Part shown: positions 25,151 to 39,913 of the stretch, piece after piece
Layout of the letters: every line of letters begins with the position of its first letter
How positions within the stretch are numbered: position 1 is the first letter of the stretch
Notes under the pieces: generated by a model
The model's database searches: none
The model's input: only the letters and a program-made list of their open reading frames with translations
Told to the model about the DNA's origin: nothing
Assembly (NCBI RefSeq): GCF_009914755.1
Contig: NC_060931.1
DNA length: 64,000 nucleotides
Direction: 5' to 3' (one strand)
DNA from: the human T2T-CHM13v2.0 reference genome, Homo sapiens
Program-made: the position numbers and the translations under genes

Positions 25151-28100
25151 AGTAATTAGTTAATTCCGCAGAGCAAAAGGAGCCAAAAGAACCCTGAACA
25201 CCAACCTCAAAGGAGGGCCATGAGAAGTGAAGTGAGAATTTCACTCTCTACAGACTTCTGGGTTCGACTATTTAAAATAAAGATCACAAATTACTCATGC
25301 AACTTTAAAATTTATCTAAGAAAGAATGTTTTCATCCAGTTTCAGGCCAAGGGTCCTATATGCTTCTCCTCACACAAAAACCTATACTCAGGGTCCCTTG
25401 TGATCCCCCTCTGCCCTTGTGGAGGGCTCCCCCTCCCTTTCTAGGAATTCCAGAGAAATCACTGCTCTATACCTAAACACAATGAGGCTATTAAGTGCTT
25501 GAGGCCAAGTCACATGAATATTAACTGCACAGGCCCTTTTCTATACAGGCAGCTTCTGGAAATACTGAAAGACTTTGCCCTTCTATTTTCTTTTCTTTTT
25601 CTTCCTTTCTTTTCCTTTTCTTCTTCCCTTAAAGGAGTTTTAAAAAAAGTTAAAGGAGTTTTAAAAAAAAGGGGCGGGTTAAAGAAAAAAGGATACACCT
25701 CAAAAGTAAAGAGGAAAGACATTCTTGCTTGTGGAGGAAACATAATGTAATTGTAATCGTTAAAACTGTGCGAGGAGTAAATAGTTTGGAGTGGAGAGGC
25801 GTGCACAGTTGATAAAGATCTCTCCTCTCCTCAATGAAGAAAGCTGTAGGGAAACAGTCAATGTGCTTTGGACGCTTTATCACCACCCCCAAACAGCCAG
25901 TTATCAACATTAGCCCATCACCAGCACACACACCAGAGCCCACTAGGGCCTGGCATTCTATTCTAAAGATGATGATATCTTTTCATTCTCTATATCATTA
26001 GTACATTCAGTAAGTAACTACTGTGTGTTCTAGGTTTTCAGGGTAATGTCTATATAAACATGAATAAGGAAAACCAATCCTCAACTCAGAAAATCAAGAA
26101 TTTTGCAAAGACAATGGAAACAGAGGGTTCCTACAAACAGGAATGGTTGGTAAACAATGATTAATGGCTCTGAAATGCATCACTATCATACAGTAGCACA
26201 AGATTGAAAACTGACACAGGGTATGGACACATTAAAAATGACTTTATCTAGCAATGTAATCGAACTTTTCTGCAGTATTCTTTTTTAATGAGTGTGCATG
26301 ATCTCCAGTATTTAGTTCTCTTGGTCTCCTGCACAGACTGGTGCAACATCCTCCCAGGTACCCACTGCCTGGCTGCCGGGAAGTCCAAGGCAGGAATACC
26401 AGAATGCCCGCACAGATGCCCAAGGCAGGAGTACCAGACTGCCGGCCCCTCTGGCTCCTGATCCTCCAGTTCCAAAAGGACACCTGGATCCTGAAGGTAT
26501 AGGGCAGGCAGGTGCAGGCAAGCATGGGACACCTTAAGAGTACACTTAACAACTGCAGGGAGTCCTGTGTTGTTTCCTGCCTCCAAATGCAGACGACTTC
26601 CATCCTGGTACGGCCTCTTGTCATCTGCCTGCCCCAAGACCATGCTCTCTGGCCACACGGTCACAAGGACTTCAGGGATGCTCCACAGGAAGCAGAATGC
26701 TCTGGTCTGGGCAGAGCTGGCCCACTTTGAGGCCCACATCCACCCATCGCACTCTTGAGTCACAGTATGGCAGCCCCCATGCCATACCCTCCATACCTAC
26801 AAGAGTCCCTGCGGCTCCTGGCCAGCAGGGGGTACATTTCAGCTCCCAACCCATCCTTGGGGACCCAAAGACAGTTCTTACATCGTCCTATCCAGGTATC
26901 TTTCTTAAATCAGACCCAGCAGTGAGCCACTAGGCCCGCCATGTTGGGGACCCTGACTGTGTCCTACACTGGGCTGCTCACACCTCGTTCACAGACATGA
27001 CCCATCTACCACTTTGCTCCTGTGTTGCAATCGAGAAGCCCAAGCTGTGCCTCTCAATGACCTGTTCTGCCTTCCTGGAACTGGGGAGACCAGTTGAGGA
27101 AGCAGCAGAAACCCATGATGCTCTCCAAAGCTGGTTCCTTCTCTGTGCAGAGGGCCTCAGGTAATCATCTGCCTCCTACACTGGGGTTCTGAGTGAGAGC
27201 TCAGCATTCTGCTTCCCAAAAATACCTACCCAGCAGCCCTATGGTGCTGCCCAGCTGGGTCCGCTCAAACCTCTCCCAACACCCCCAGCTCCACTCCATC
27301 ATTGACACCTCTCAGGCCTGCAGCCACCTAGACACAGCCTCAGCTCCCATGACCTGGCGACAAACTGTGCAACGATAAAGGCAAACCCTGAGTGGTGCCT
27401 TAGCTAAAGAAAGTAAACAACCTGTAATTTGGCAAATAATTTAGAAAAATCGATGCAGGAAGCTCAAATACCAGATTCTGCACTAATTCTCTTTTTACCT
27501 GGCTCTTGTAACTTGGGTAGAAAAGTTTAAGACTCCATTGCTACCTCCTTCAATCCCCAAATTAAGACTTCAATTGCCCTAATAAGGCCTTCATAAACCC
27601 CCAGGTTCATTGTGGTCAGCTGGGAGTTCTGTTTTCACTTCCTTTATAATCACCTCTATGTTTCCCCTTAGTCCTGAAATTCAGTATTCTTTCATTAATT
27701 CACTCAGTACACACTTACCATGTCATCACTATGTTCTCAATCTTAGCATTGTCACTTACAGAGCCACCTCCAACATGCTCCCTAATCTGGTTTCTGTAGG
27801 TCTGTGAATGCAAGATGCCAAAAGTGCAACCAAACTTCACCCATTGGTCAAGATCGTAGAATGATGATCTCAACAGAAGCAGCTTGTGGCAAGCATGACC
27901 GACCATTGCTTTTATCAGTTCTGCAAAAGCTGCATGCAAGGATTCTGGAGGAGCTTGTTCACAAGTGTCTGAAAGGGGGCCCTCAGCTGTTGATGAGGCC
28001 CACAGGGAACCGCCCTCCACAGTTGGTAACTTTAGTTCTAGCTATTCTCAAATCATTGGCCAAAGAACAGCTCCTCCTTTTCTATTTCAGGACGTTTACT

Positions 28101-29884
28101 TCTTGGAACAGAGGCAAAGCCAAAGGGAGAAAAGTGGAGCCCCATTCACTGGGCTGATGAACAGAAAGCTACCCGGGACCACAGACACGACTGGTATGCA
28201 GGCAAATCATTCTGATGCCCACCTCTGAACTCAGGGGAATCCATCTTAAAGCATCCACTACTCCCCATGAGAATGGAGTCCCCATGATGAGGCTGTGTTC
28301 TAATCAAAGCTAATTCAAACTTCCTTCACTCCATCAAAATCCACTCTTAGCATTTCATTACACATCCTCCTCTCCGCAATTTGAGCCATTGAAAGAGTCA
28401 CAACAATCGAATTTCAAACTGTCTCCTGTTAACATTACTAAGTTTCCTCTGAATCTTTTTAGAATTCCATTGTCCTCCACTGTTGTGATGCTAAGTAGTC
28501 AGGAATCTGACCAGAGCCATGGAGCCACACAGGAGGTCGGGCTTCCCAGGAGGAAAGAGAGTCCTGGGACCCGAGAAAGAACCTGTCCTTCATATCCACC
28601 AAAACCACCTGCTTAGCTTCTCTTGGCAAATATAGATCAGGTCCTCTTCACTTCCCCCATCCTTCCTGACAGAGGAAAATGGGTCCACGGTCATGAATGT
28701 CTCACCCTCCCTCCAAGGCTGCCCTTCTACAAAGTCAGCTCATGGCCAGTTTTGTGCACCCTGTACCCCATGGTTCAGGGGTCTCTGAGCACCACACTAA
28801 GGACCTTTGTGCTTCAGGAGGTGGTGAGACTCACAGGGCCTCTGACAGGGCACAACACAGCCACATCTGTGTGTGTACTCAAAGACTGTCAGCCTGCAAC
28901 AGCAGTGGGGAGGAAGAGAATGCAGATCCCTGCTTTCTCTGCAACACCCTTCTCTCCTCAGCTCCTTTACATGTCAGGTAAAAAAAAAAAGCCAGCCTTC
29001 TTATTCTCCCGTTGCTGTCGATTAACACTCCTTTGTTCCAAGGCACTCTCGGGTGGATCATCGAATGACGTTGGTATCACAGTTTCTTTTACAAACCTTC
29101 AGTCTTCTCCCCAGTAAAGGTGACCTGAGGATAGAAACGGTCGTATATACCTGGGCAGCCAACACAGGACACATCACACTGGCTCAACAAACACTGGGGG
29201 AAGAGACAGAGAGACAGCTGCCTATGCTTGTGCATCACAGCCCCCACACTCAAGCTGTGCCAAGCTTCCCAAGAGTCCCTCAAATGCTGCTGCCCTGCCT
29301 GGTCCCAGGCTCTCTAGACTCAGGCGACTGAAGCTAATCACTTCATCTAGTTCCATCAAGGTGGTATGCAGCATCTAGCATTACCACTTCCAGGCTGCAT
29401 CCACGTTTTAACACAAAAAGGGATAAAATTTTTCTAGAAGACTGAAGAAGTAAGTTCCCTCATTTGGCACATAATAGTTACGGACCAAGTATCCTCAAGA
29501 TCTCTCTGAGGCCTAAGCTGCTGAGTTTCTGATTCAAACAACAGACACAAGAGAACAAGCAGAGGAACTGGTGGTTCCCAAGCATCTATCTGAATTCAGT
29601 GAGGGGGTGTTGCAGCCCCTGGCCTCCAAGGTCTCTGCCTAAATCCCCACACCTGTGCTTCCACCTGTGGTAGCCTCTCACATGGTACCCTGGTATGAGT
29701 GACCTCACCCCTATGGCAAGACCTCCAGGAGTGGTAAAGCCAAAATTATCTTCAAGATAGTAAGATACGATGTGTCCTTGTCCCTTGCATTCCGTCGCGA
29801 ATGCACAGCGGAGTTTTCTAGAGGCCAAATAGCATAAGACTGATTGCAGGTGGCAGGGGGATGGGGGGATCCAACTACCTTCTC

Positions 29885-30150
29885 TTAAAGCAGACATTAA
29901 AGGGATTTAAAAAGTACAAAACAATGACACTCTTCCCATTTTTTTTGTTTTTGAAAATACAGCTTTTTTCCATAAAAGATGTTATGTTTACATATAATGG
30001 GTGAATATTCTTTTTACATGGAGAAAAAATATTTTTTAAATGCCTGTCAATTCCTAAAATAGTAAATTTCAATATATACAGCCACATAACCACAGCTCTT
30101 TGGGGCCTTCAGTAATTTTTAACAGTGTCAAGGCGCCCTAGGACCCAGCC
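29885..30150 (+). mobile_element. hAT-Charlie family (Charlie1/Cheshire-like) terminal fragment
   Basis: cagacattaaagggattt...aaaacaatgacactcttc...agctctttggggccttcagtaatttttaa. Confidence 0.6.
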
Positions 30151-32126
30151 CTGGGGGTGCTCCCCTGGGAATCTCAGCCCTGCCCAGCACCCAGGACTTC
30201 AATGTGCCCTGTGGAACAGTCTGACAGAAGCCAAACCTCCACCCCTAGACATGGAACTGCTGCCCAGTGAAACTCTGCAAAGAATCTTAGTTTTTATGGA
30301 GTAAGAGTCCATGGAGACTTCTTCATTCAGAAAGATTTTCTTAAAAACAATATTGAATTTGAGACCTGGCCACACAAATGAACATCACTGGCCAGAAACC
30401 ATGTGCTACTCAGCCTGCTCCACACAATCAGCAGGACATTCCATTCCGGTCCACTCCACCAGTCTACTCCTCCAGGGCCAGTTTGAAGTAGGGGGTCCCA
30501 GAGGGTCACTGCCTTTGAAAAGTGGCTCAACTGTTCTCCCCAAAGGTTTGTCCTGCTTGTTGATTCTGGCAAGATGCATAGCTCCAGGTCATTTAGAATG
30601 TTCCTCCCCTGCCTCCTGCATAAGCCACACGAACAGCGAGAGTCAGAAGGAAAATGTCATATGTCCAGTATTTCCAGTTCAAAGTACAGCCAGCAGGACG
30701 GACTGCCCCCCTGGGGTTGCCAACACTCACAGGTGGCCAGAGCTTCACCATCTGCCCTCTCCCTGTGTTAAAACAGGAGCCAAAACTAAACAGCACACAT
30801 CAGCGCCCAAGATTCGTGCTACTCTCAACTGATACTGCTCTTGGCTATCTGTGCCATTTTGTTTAAACTGGTAGAAGAGACCAGAACCCGCAGCCCAGTA
30901 GGAATGAACCCCAGGCCTCCCCACAGCTTCAGGGCAACGTCCTCCTCTCTCTGCCTGCTGCAGGATTACCACTCTCAGGATTCAGCACAATGCTTAACAA
31001 GAGGAAAGAGGATCTATTTCTGACCTGGCAACATGAGACTTACTCTTCTAAACGGGGCATGGGCCTTCATCATATCTATTGTTTCAACTCATGAGTCAGG
31101 ATATTACAAAGGTAGAAAGTTCTTACCTGTAGGAAGCCAAAATCCACCCTGAAAAGTCATTACAAAGCCAACCTCACTTGAATGGCACATGTGTCCCCTA
31201 AACCTGGTACTGAAGTACAAGAGGCGAAGTGAAATTGTGATGCGGATGTGGATCTATTCAGGCGACCTCCTTCAACACCACCACGGCCCTATGGTCTCAA
31301 TCATTTTAAGACAAAAAGGGAAAAAAGTTGTGAGAACCTTGGTATAAGAACCCCCCTTGCCTCTGAAAGACACTCAAAACCTAAGGCATTTGCTGTAACC
31401 CTCAAGACCACAAAATGGCCACTAGGTCTGGAAAGAAAGGTGAACTGACGCCACACTATAACATAAAACAAAATCATGTTACTTGTGTCTCCCAACTCCC
31501 CAGCCACCTCGTTCTGGTCTTCTAGACCACATTCTCGATGCAAGAGTCCCAGGACAGTCAAAGAATACAGAATCATTCCCGAAACATTCCACCAAGGCAA
31601 GGGAATTAAATATCTGTTAATGTCTGTTATAAATTCCACAGCAAACATCATACTCAATGGCGAAATAGTGAAAGCTTTTCCCCAAAGAGTGGAAACAAGA
31701 CAGAATTCTTGCTTTTGTCACTTCTACTTAACACAGTATTGGAAGCTCTAGCCAGAGCAATTAAGTAAGAAAAAGAAATGAAAGCCATCCAAATTGGAAA
31801 GGAAGAAATAAAATTATCTGTTAAACTCTTAGAAGAAAACATATGCAAAAATCTTTATATGGACATTGGATTTGACAATGACTACTCAGATATGACACCA
31901 ACAGCACAGGCAACAAAAGAATAAAATAAATGAACTTCATCAAAAATTAAAAATTTTTGTGCGTCATAGGACACTACGAAGACAGTGAAAAGACAGCCTG
32001 CAGAAAAGGACAAAACAGTTGCGTATCACATAACTGATAAGAGTATTAATATCTAGAATATATAAATTCCTACAACTGAGTAACAAAAAGCAAATCAAAA
32101 CCACAATGAGCAATCATCTGATGCCT

Positions 32127-32481
32127 TGTATTAGTCCGTTTTCATGCTGCTGATAAAGACATATCAGAGAACTGGGCAATTTACAAAAGAAAGAAGTTTA
32201 ATGGACTCATATTTCCACGTGGCTGAGGAGGCCTCAAAATCATGACAGAAGGTGAAAGGCATGTCTCACATGGTGGCAGACAAGAGAAGAGAACTTGTGC
32301 AGAGAAACTCCCCTTTATAAAACCATCAGATCTCATGAGACTTATTCACTATCACTAGAATAGCATGGGAAAGACCCAACCCCGTGATTCAATTACCTCC
32401 CACCAGGTCCCTCCCATAGCATGTGGAAATTATGGGAGCTACAATTCAAGATGAGATTTGGGACACAGCCAAACGATGTAA
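32127..32481 (-). mobile_element. THE1B-like MaLR solo LTR
   Basis: tgtattagtccgttttcatgctgctgataaagacata...ataaaaccatcagatctcatgagacttattcactatcac...; flanked by tgcct/cacct, a probable decayed TSD. Confidence 0.9.
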
Positions 32482-32504
32482 CACCTATTAGGACAGCTAT
32501 AAGG

Positions 32505-32710
32505 AAAGAAAGGGGAAGGGGAAGGGGAAGAAAGGCAAGGGAAGAGGAAGCGGAATGGGAAGGGAAGGGGAAGGGAAGGGGAAGGGGAAGGGGACGGGGA
32601 AGGGAAGGGGAAGGGGAGAAAGGGGAAGGGAGGGGAGGGGAAGGCAGGGGAGGGGAAGGCAGGGGAGGGGAGGGGAGGGGAGGGGAGAGGAGAGGAGAGG
32701 AGAGGACAGG
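32505..32710. repeat. Polypurine (GGGAA/GGGGA/GAGAG)n tract
   Basis: Seen directly. Confidence 0.95.
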
Positions 32711-32866
32711 AAACGAAAAATGCCAAGTGTTGGCAAGAATGTGGAGAAACTGAAACCCTTGTGCATTATTATTGGGAATGTAAAATGGTGCAGCTGCTCT
32801 AGAAAACAGTTTGGCAGTTCCTCAAAAAGCTAAGCATAGAATTACCATATAATGAAGCAATTATAA

Positions 32867-33236
<370 letters not shown>

Positions 33237-34046
33237 TAGATTAACCATGAAAACATTATGCTAAGTGAAAGAAGACACTCACAAAAACCACAGACGATTC
33301 TATTCACATGAAATGTCCTGGACAGGGAAATCTATGCAGACAGAAAGTAGAGTTCCTTAGGGTTGGGAAAGCAGGGGGAGCAATGGGATGGCAGGGAGTG
33401 GGGGTATGATAGCTAAAGGGTGCAGGGTCTCTTTTTGTTCTAAAATTGACTATGGTGGCGGTTGCACATAGCTGTGAATATATTAATTGAACACTATATA
33501 CAATGTATGTGTGTGTGTTTATTCATTTCTGCAGTTATAACAAAATACTTGAGACTGGATAACTTATAAAGAACAAAATCTATTTCTCACAGTTCTAGAA
33601 GCTGGGAAGTTCAAGATCAAGATGCCAGCACTTGGTGTCTGGTGAGGGCCTTCTTGCTGTGCCCTCACATGGCAGAATGCAGAAGTGCAAAAAGGGGATC
33701 CTAGCTAGTTCTCTCCAGCCCTTTGATGGGGGCAAGAATCCATTCATGGGACTGGAGCCCTCATGACCTTATCACTTCCCAAAAGCCATACCTCTTAATA
33801 GAGTTGCGTTGGGGAAGTGATAAGGCCATAAGGAGACACAAACATTCAAACCATGGCATTCCACCCCAAGTCCCCCAAATTTATGTCTTTCTCACATACA
33901 AAATACATTCATTCCATCCCAATAGCCCCAATGTCTTATCTCAGGCCAGGATCAATTCAAAAGTCTGAAGTCTAAAATTTCATCTAAATCAGACATGTGA
34001 GACTCAAAGATGTGTTTCAACCTGAGGCAAAGTACTTCAGACTTCA

Positions 34047-34360
34047 GCAGTGGCTCACTCCTGTAATCTCAGCACTGTCGGAGGTTGAGGCGGCCGGACT
34101 TCTTGAGCCCAGGAGGTCGAGACCAGCCTGGGCAACATGGCAAAACCCCATCTCTAATACCAAAAACAAAACAAAACAAAAAAAAAAACTAGCTGGGCGT
34201 GATGGCACACGCCTGTAGTCCCAGCTACTCAGCAGGCTGAAGTGGGAAGATAGCTTGAGCCCAGGAGGCAGAGGTTGCAGTGAGCCGAGATCACACCACT
34301 GTACTCCAGCCTGAATGACACAGTGAGATCCTGTCTCCAAAAAAAAAAAACAAAAAAAAA
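34047..34360 (+). mobile_element. AluJ element (inside MST-int)
   Basis: Dimeric Alu with A-rich linker and tail. Confidence 0.9.
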
Positions 34361-35397
34361 CAGTGGAACAGACAAAGAACAGACATTCCCATTACAAAAG
34401 GGAGAAATAGGAAAGAAAAAAGAGGTAACATTTCCCAACCAAATCCAAAACCAAACAGGACAAACATTAAATCAATGGTAAGGCTGGAGAATAAATCTTT
34501 GGTTCCATGTCCTGCCTTCCAGACACAATGGGGCAGGAGTTGGGTTCCCAAGGACCTGGGCAGCCCTGCAGCCAACTGCTGGGCACAGCCCTCATAGCAG
34601 CTCTCACAGGTTGCAGTTGGGTACCTGCAGCTCTCCCAGGCTGGCACTACACACGGGTAACTCTACAGTTACAGGCTCTCGAGGGCAGCCCCACCCCCAC
34701 AGCTCCATTAGGCATTGTCCTTGTGGGAGCTCGCTAGTGTGCCCCCAGCCTCAAGACTCTGCTGGACATTGCCCTAGTGGGGGCTCTTTTTGGCACTCCT
34801 GCCCCATGGCTCTATTAGGCATTATCCTAGCAGGGAGTCTCTGCAGCAGACCTATCCTGCAGCAATTCTCTGTCTGAGCCCAAGACTCTCTGAGGCATCC
34901 TTTCAAATCTAGGTGAAGGTAGCCATGCATCCACAGCTCTTGCACTCTGCATACTTGCAGACTTAGCGCCATGTGGATGCCACCTAGGCTTATGCCCTGT
35001 GCCTTCCACAGCAATGGAACTAGCTGCACTTGAGCCCCCTTGAGCTACAGCTGGGATATCCAAGGAGGGCTGCACTGTAATGCAGAGAGCAGAGAAGTGA
35101 TGCCAGGCAGTGAATGCTGAGGTCCTGCAGACGCCCAAGGCCTCTCCTTTGACATAAGTTCTGTTCCCTGGGCCTTGGTACTCTGGGCCTCTGATGGGAG
35201 GGGCAGCACTGATAATCTCTGAAATGCCTTCAGGATCATTCTTCCATTATCTTGATGAATAGCATCTGGCTTCCTTCTATCCATACTAATCTCCTTATCA
35301 AAAGGTCACTTGGCCACACCCTTAGTGTTTTCTCCCAAACATGTTTTTACAACCTGGGCAAGCTAAAAATTTTCCATATCCTTAAATTCTGCTTCCT

Positions 35398-35716
<319 letters not shown>

Positions 35717-36603
35717 TAAATTCCATTTTCAATTCATTTCTCTCACATTTTACTGTAAGCAATTAAGAGAAGTCATGCAGCATACTGAATACTATGCTCA
35801 CGGATTTCTTCCACCAAATATCCTAGGTTGTCACTCTTAAATTCTGCCTTCCCCAAAGCCCTAGAGTATGGGCACAATTCAGCCAAGTTCTTTGCGCCTT
35901 TGTAGCAAGGACTGTCTTTCCTCCAGTTTCCAATAAGATATTCATTTCCATATACGACCACAGCAGAACGGGCTTTACTGTCTATAATACTACCAGCATT
36001 CTGATCACAGCCACTTAGAAGTTTCTAAGAAGACACTGGTTATCTCTACGGCTCTCCTCTTCTTCTGGGCCCTCACCAGAATCATTCTTAATGCTCTGTT
36101 CACAGAAATTTAGGCTTTTTCTAGCAAACACTTCCAAACTGTTCCATCCTCTACCCATTACCCAATTCCACTTTTCTTTTAAGTATTTGCTATAACAACA
36201 CCCACTCTCAGTATCAATTTCTGTCTGTGCTGCTATAACAAAATCCACAGGTTAGGTAATTTATAAATAATAGAAATTTACTTCTCATGGTTCTGGAAGA
36301 GAGGAAGTCCAAGATCAAGGCACTGGGGTTCAGTGTCTGGTGAGGGCCTCTCTCTGCTTCCAAGATGGTGCCTTGTTGCCACACCCTCCAGAGGGGAACA
36401 AATGCTGTATCCTCATATGGTGGAAGAGCAGAAGAGAGCAAACCCATTCCCCCTCAGGCCCTTTTAAAAGGGCCCTAATCCCATCTATGTCCACTCTTAT
36501 GACTTAAACACCTCCTAAAGGCCCCACCTCTTAATAACATCACGTTGGCCATTAGGTTTCAACACATGAATTTTGGGTGATACATTCAGACCACAGCAAT
36601 CTG

Positions 36604-36605
<2 letters not shown>

Positions 36606-36636
<31 letters not shown>
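36606..36636. repeat. (CA)n microsatellite
   Basis: Seen directly. Confidence 0.95.
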
Positions 36637-36637
<1 letters not shown>

Positions 36638-36773
36638 ATTGCACATATCTGTAAATATACTAATTATAATTGAATTATATACTTCAAATTTAAATGAGTA
36701 AATTGTATGGTATGTGAATTATACCTCAATACAGCTTTTTTTTTTAAGAGAGGACTGTATGAAAAAACTAGCC

Positions 36774-37259
36774 CATAAAGATACATGCACACCTATGTTT
36801 ATTGCAGCACTACTTACAAAAGCAAAGACATGGAACCAACCCAAATGCCCATTAATGATAGACTGGATAAAGAAAATGTGGTACATATACGCCGTGGAAT
36901 ACTATGCAGCCACAAAAAGGAATGAGATCATGTCCTTTGCAGGGACATGGATGAAGCTGGAAGCCATCATCCTCAACAAACTAACACAGGAACAGAAAAC
37001 CAAACACTGCATGTTCTCACTCATAAGTGGGAGCTAAACAATGAGAGCACATGGACACAGGGAGGGGAATAACACACACCAGGGCCTGTCAGGGAGGGGA
37101 GAGGGACTGAGGGGAGGGAAAACATCAGGACAAATAGTTAATGCTTGGGGGGCTTAAAATCTAGATGACAGGTTGATAGATGTAGCAAACCACCATGGTA
37201 CACGTATACCTATGTAGCAAACCTGCACGTTCTACACATGTATCCCGGAACTAAAGAAA
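36774..37259 (+). mobile_element. 5'-truncated L1PA 3' end with 13-bp TSD gaaaaaactagcc
   Basis: ORF 36714-37037 gives KDTCTPMFIAAL..WNQPKCP..DWIKKMWYIY, the L1 ORF2 C-terminus; TSD at 36761-36773 and 37260-37272. Confidence 0.92.
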
Positions 37260-38389
37260 GAAAAAACTAGCCTAATGAAATAATCAGCACAAGAGGGGTT
37301 CTAACTCCACCCCGACCCCCCAAAATTTGGAACCACCATAGTCTAGCCATCTTCCTCTTAAAGTGTCATAATACATTGTGGCACACAAAATTTTCTGAAA
37401 TGTTGTGCCATAAAGAAACCAACTTTATCTAATCCAAAGTTTCCTCACTTATTTGGCAATAAATTATTAGCTCCTGTAGTATCTAAAACCTTCAGGAAGC
37501 ATTAAGTTGCCCAACATCACCACCAGCCTAGGAAGACTGTTAATGAAAGATGACAAAGGAATGGGTCCAAAGTCCCATGGAGCCCATCAATGCATTTACT
37601 GATCAACTAGGGCAGGCACAAATACAAACATTCAAAAATGTCTTTGCTATCCAAGGAAGAACTTTGGTGGTAGAATTTTTCAAAAGGTGGCATTAAGTAG
37701 AGGTGATCCACACAGTGGAGCCTTATACACAGAACAGACTCACAGTGCAAGCAAGACAAAAGCTGCTTTAATACCACCTACCCTGACAGGGAAATAATGG
37801 GACAACCCAACCCTACCTCCAAGGGTAGGGTCGGGCTAACGCTGACAGAAACAGGCAAGGGCCCCAGCCAGAAGCCCCACTGGGACATCTTTATTGCTTC
37901 TTTCTATGGCTTGGAGGCCTTCCAGGTTCCAGGCTGTGATGCTGAGACATGAAGGCACTGAGCAAGGACCTTGGAAGAAGTGGGGTGTTAGCATGCACAA
38001 GCTCAAAGCAGATACAATTCCTACATTCTTAAAAGAAGGCAGGTGGGGCTTCCAAATCCGCTCAAGATTCAAAAGGTTTCAAACCTTTCTAAAAGTGTTC
38101 TATCATCATAAACAAAAGAGAAACCACTAAATAAAATCCACAGGAATCCAAACAAATGTCAAAGCAGGACACTGTACAAATATTTGCCCCTGGAATAAAG
38201 TATGGACACATTTAAGAATGTCATTTACAACAATGTAGGGCTAATCACTAGAAAATTCTTGGTACAAAAATTCTTAGATTAAGTAATAGCATTATTAATA
38301 ATAGTTCTTACCAGGTAAAGTGTCCTCTTCAGAGAATTTCTAGAGAAAAAGACACTAAAGTGAACACAGGGGGAAATGCATTAAGACCT

Positions 38390-38550
38390 TACTGCACAAA
38401 GTGTGGGCCACTGACCAACTGCAAGCATAACACCTGGGAGCTGGTCAGAAACCCAAAACCTCAGGTCCCAACCAAGACCAACTAAATTAGAAGCTGCATT
38501 TTATTATCAGCCCCAGGAGATTCCCATGCATATTAAAGTTTAAGTTGTGG
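38390..38550. mobile_element. MER5-like MITE
   Basis: caaagtgtgggcc...gcataacacctgggagctggtcagaaa...ctcaggtccca...ctgcatttt...ccccaggagattc. Confidence 0.6.
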
Positions 38551-39681
38551 TATTTTCAGACATTGTTAATATTTAACTTGTATCAGAACTGAAACGTGCC
38601 AGCTCCCTTTAAGAAAATAAATAAGCAAAATATATTAACATCACTATTTTATTGTTCAGTCAACACAGGCCATCCCTCTACTCACCCTCCCTTCCTACAC
38701 AGATTTCATTATTTTCCATCTAAGTAAGGCAGGAACAGATGACGGAGACAGACTGGCTCCTCAAACACCTGTTGAGTGAATGACAGGCGGGGTCCCTTGT
38801 CAAAAGCCACCCAGAGCACTCCTTGCCATTCTCATCCCACTTGAGTGCTGAACAACTGCTCAGAATTACACAGCCATTGTTGGCAACGGCACATCACCAG
38901 TCTCAAGCCACCAGGACTACCTTGACAACACTCAGAAGCTGGCTCCCAGACACTGCACAGGAAAGGAAAAAAATTATTTGTAGGTGACTTACAGGTACCA
39001 TTTACACATTTAGAATTTTCTTCCCTCACTAATATGAGATTTGAGCCTGAGGCATCTAGAGTTCAGCCCAGACTCTTCCAGCTGCCTTCAGGCAAGTCTC
39101 CACAGACCAGAAATGCCCCTGGAGAGATAGTCCTGGACCCCCTGACCGAGGAGGCAGAGAAAAAAAGGGAAGAAAGAAGCAAACGGGGCCAATAAATGCC
39201 TACTGGCCCCCCAATCCTAGTCACAGCTCAGCATTTTCTGGCCCCTTTAATTTAACCTCTGCCGGCCGTGAGAGGAACAAAGCCCATTCCACATGAAAAC
39301 AGAAGAAATGTGTCTCCTGAACAAATCAGAATAAACCGTCATGGAAAGGGTTCCAGGGTTTGGGATGGGTTAGGACTTTGTGGATCATGCCCAGCCAGTG
39401 AATTCTGTGAAATATGAGAAAATATGGTCCATCACACCAGTTCTGCACGTGATGCATGGCCATGCCCACTACCAGATGTGCCAAGTTATTTAATCTGACA
39501 GAAGCAAAAGGCCCACATAAAGGCCTCTTTTGACATGTGCTCCCAGACCTCCTAGGGTCCACAGGGCTCATACTGCCTCAAGGCCTCCCCTCATTCTGCC
39601 CTTGACCCTTCAGACAGGAGCTGCTAACTTTCTAACTGAATCACCAGAAGCCCCAGTAGTTACAAGGCCCAGAACACCACA

Positions 39682-39862
39682 TCAGTTCTCAGACTTTATA
39701 CTTGTAAGAATCACCTGGCATGCTTTACAAAGACAAAGAATTCCAGGTCCCAAGCCCAGAAAGTCAGTTTCGTAGCTCAGAGCTGGGGCCTGGGGATACA
39801 TACCGAGAGGCAGTCAGCTCTGATGTAGGTGGTTCAGAGGTCACACCTTAAAAACCCTGGTC
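39682..39862. mobile_element. MER5-like MITE overlapping the 3' half and donor of the 110-nt exon
   Basis: ttctcagacttt...agaatcacctggcatgcttt..aaagaca..aattccaggtccca.gcccaga...tggggcctgggga...tctgatgtaggtggttcagaggtcacaccttaaaaaccctg is collinear with the MER5 consensus. Confidence 0.65.
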
Positions 39863-39913
39863 TCTCCTATACATTCTTCCTCCTGAGAATTATCAGAATG
39901 CAGCCTCCCAAGT
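39804..39913 (-). other. GRB10: Non-coding 5'-UTR exon (110 nt)
   Basis: Acceptor CCTTTCTTTCAG|ACTTGG (AG at 39915-39914) and donor CTCG|GTATGT (GT at 39803-39802). Confidence 0.75.
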
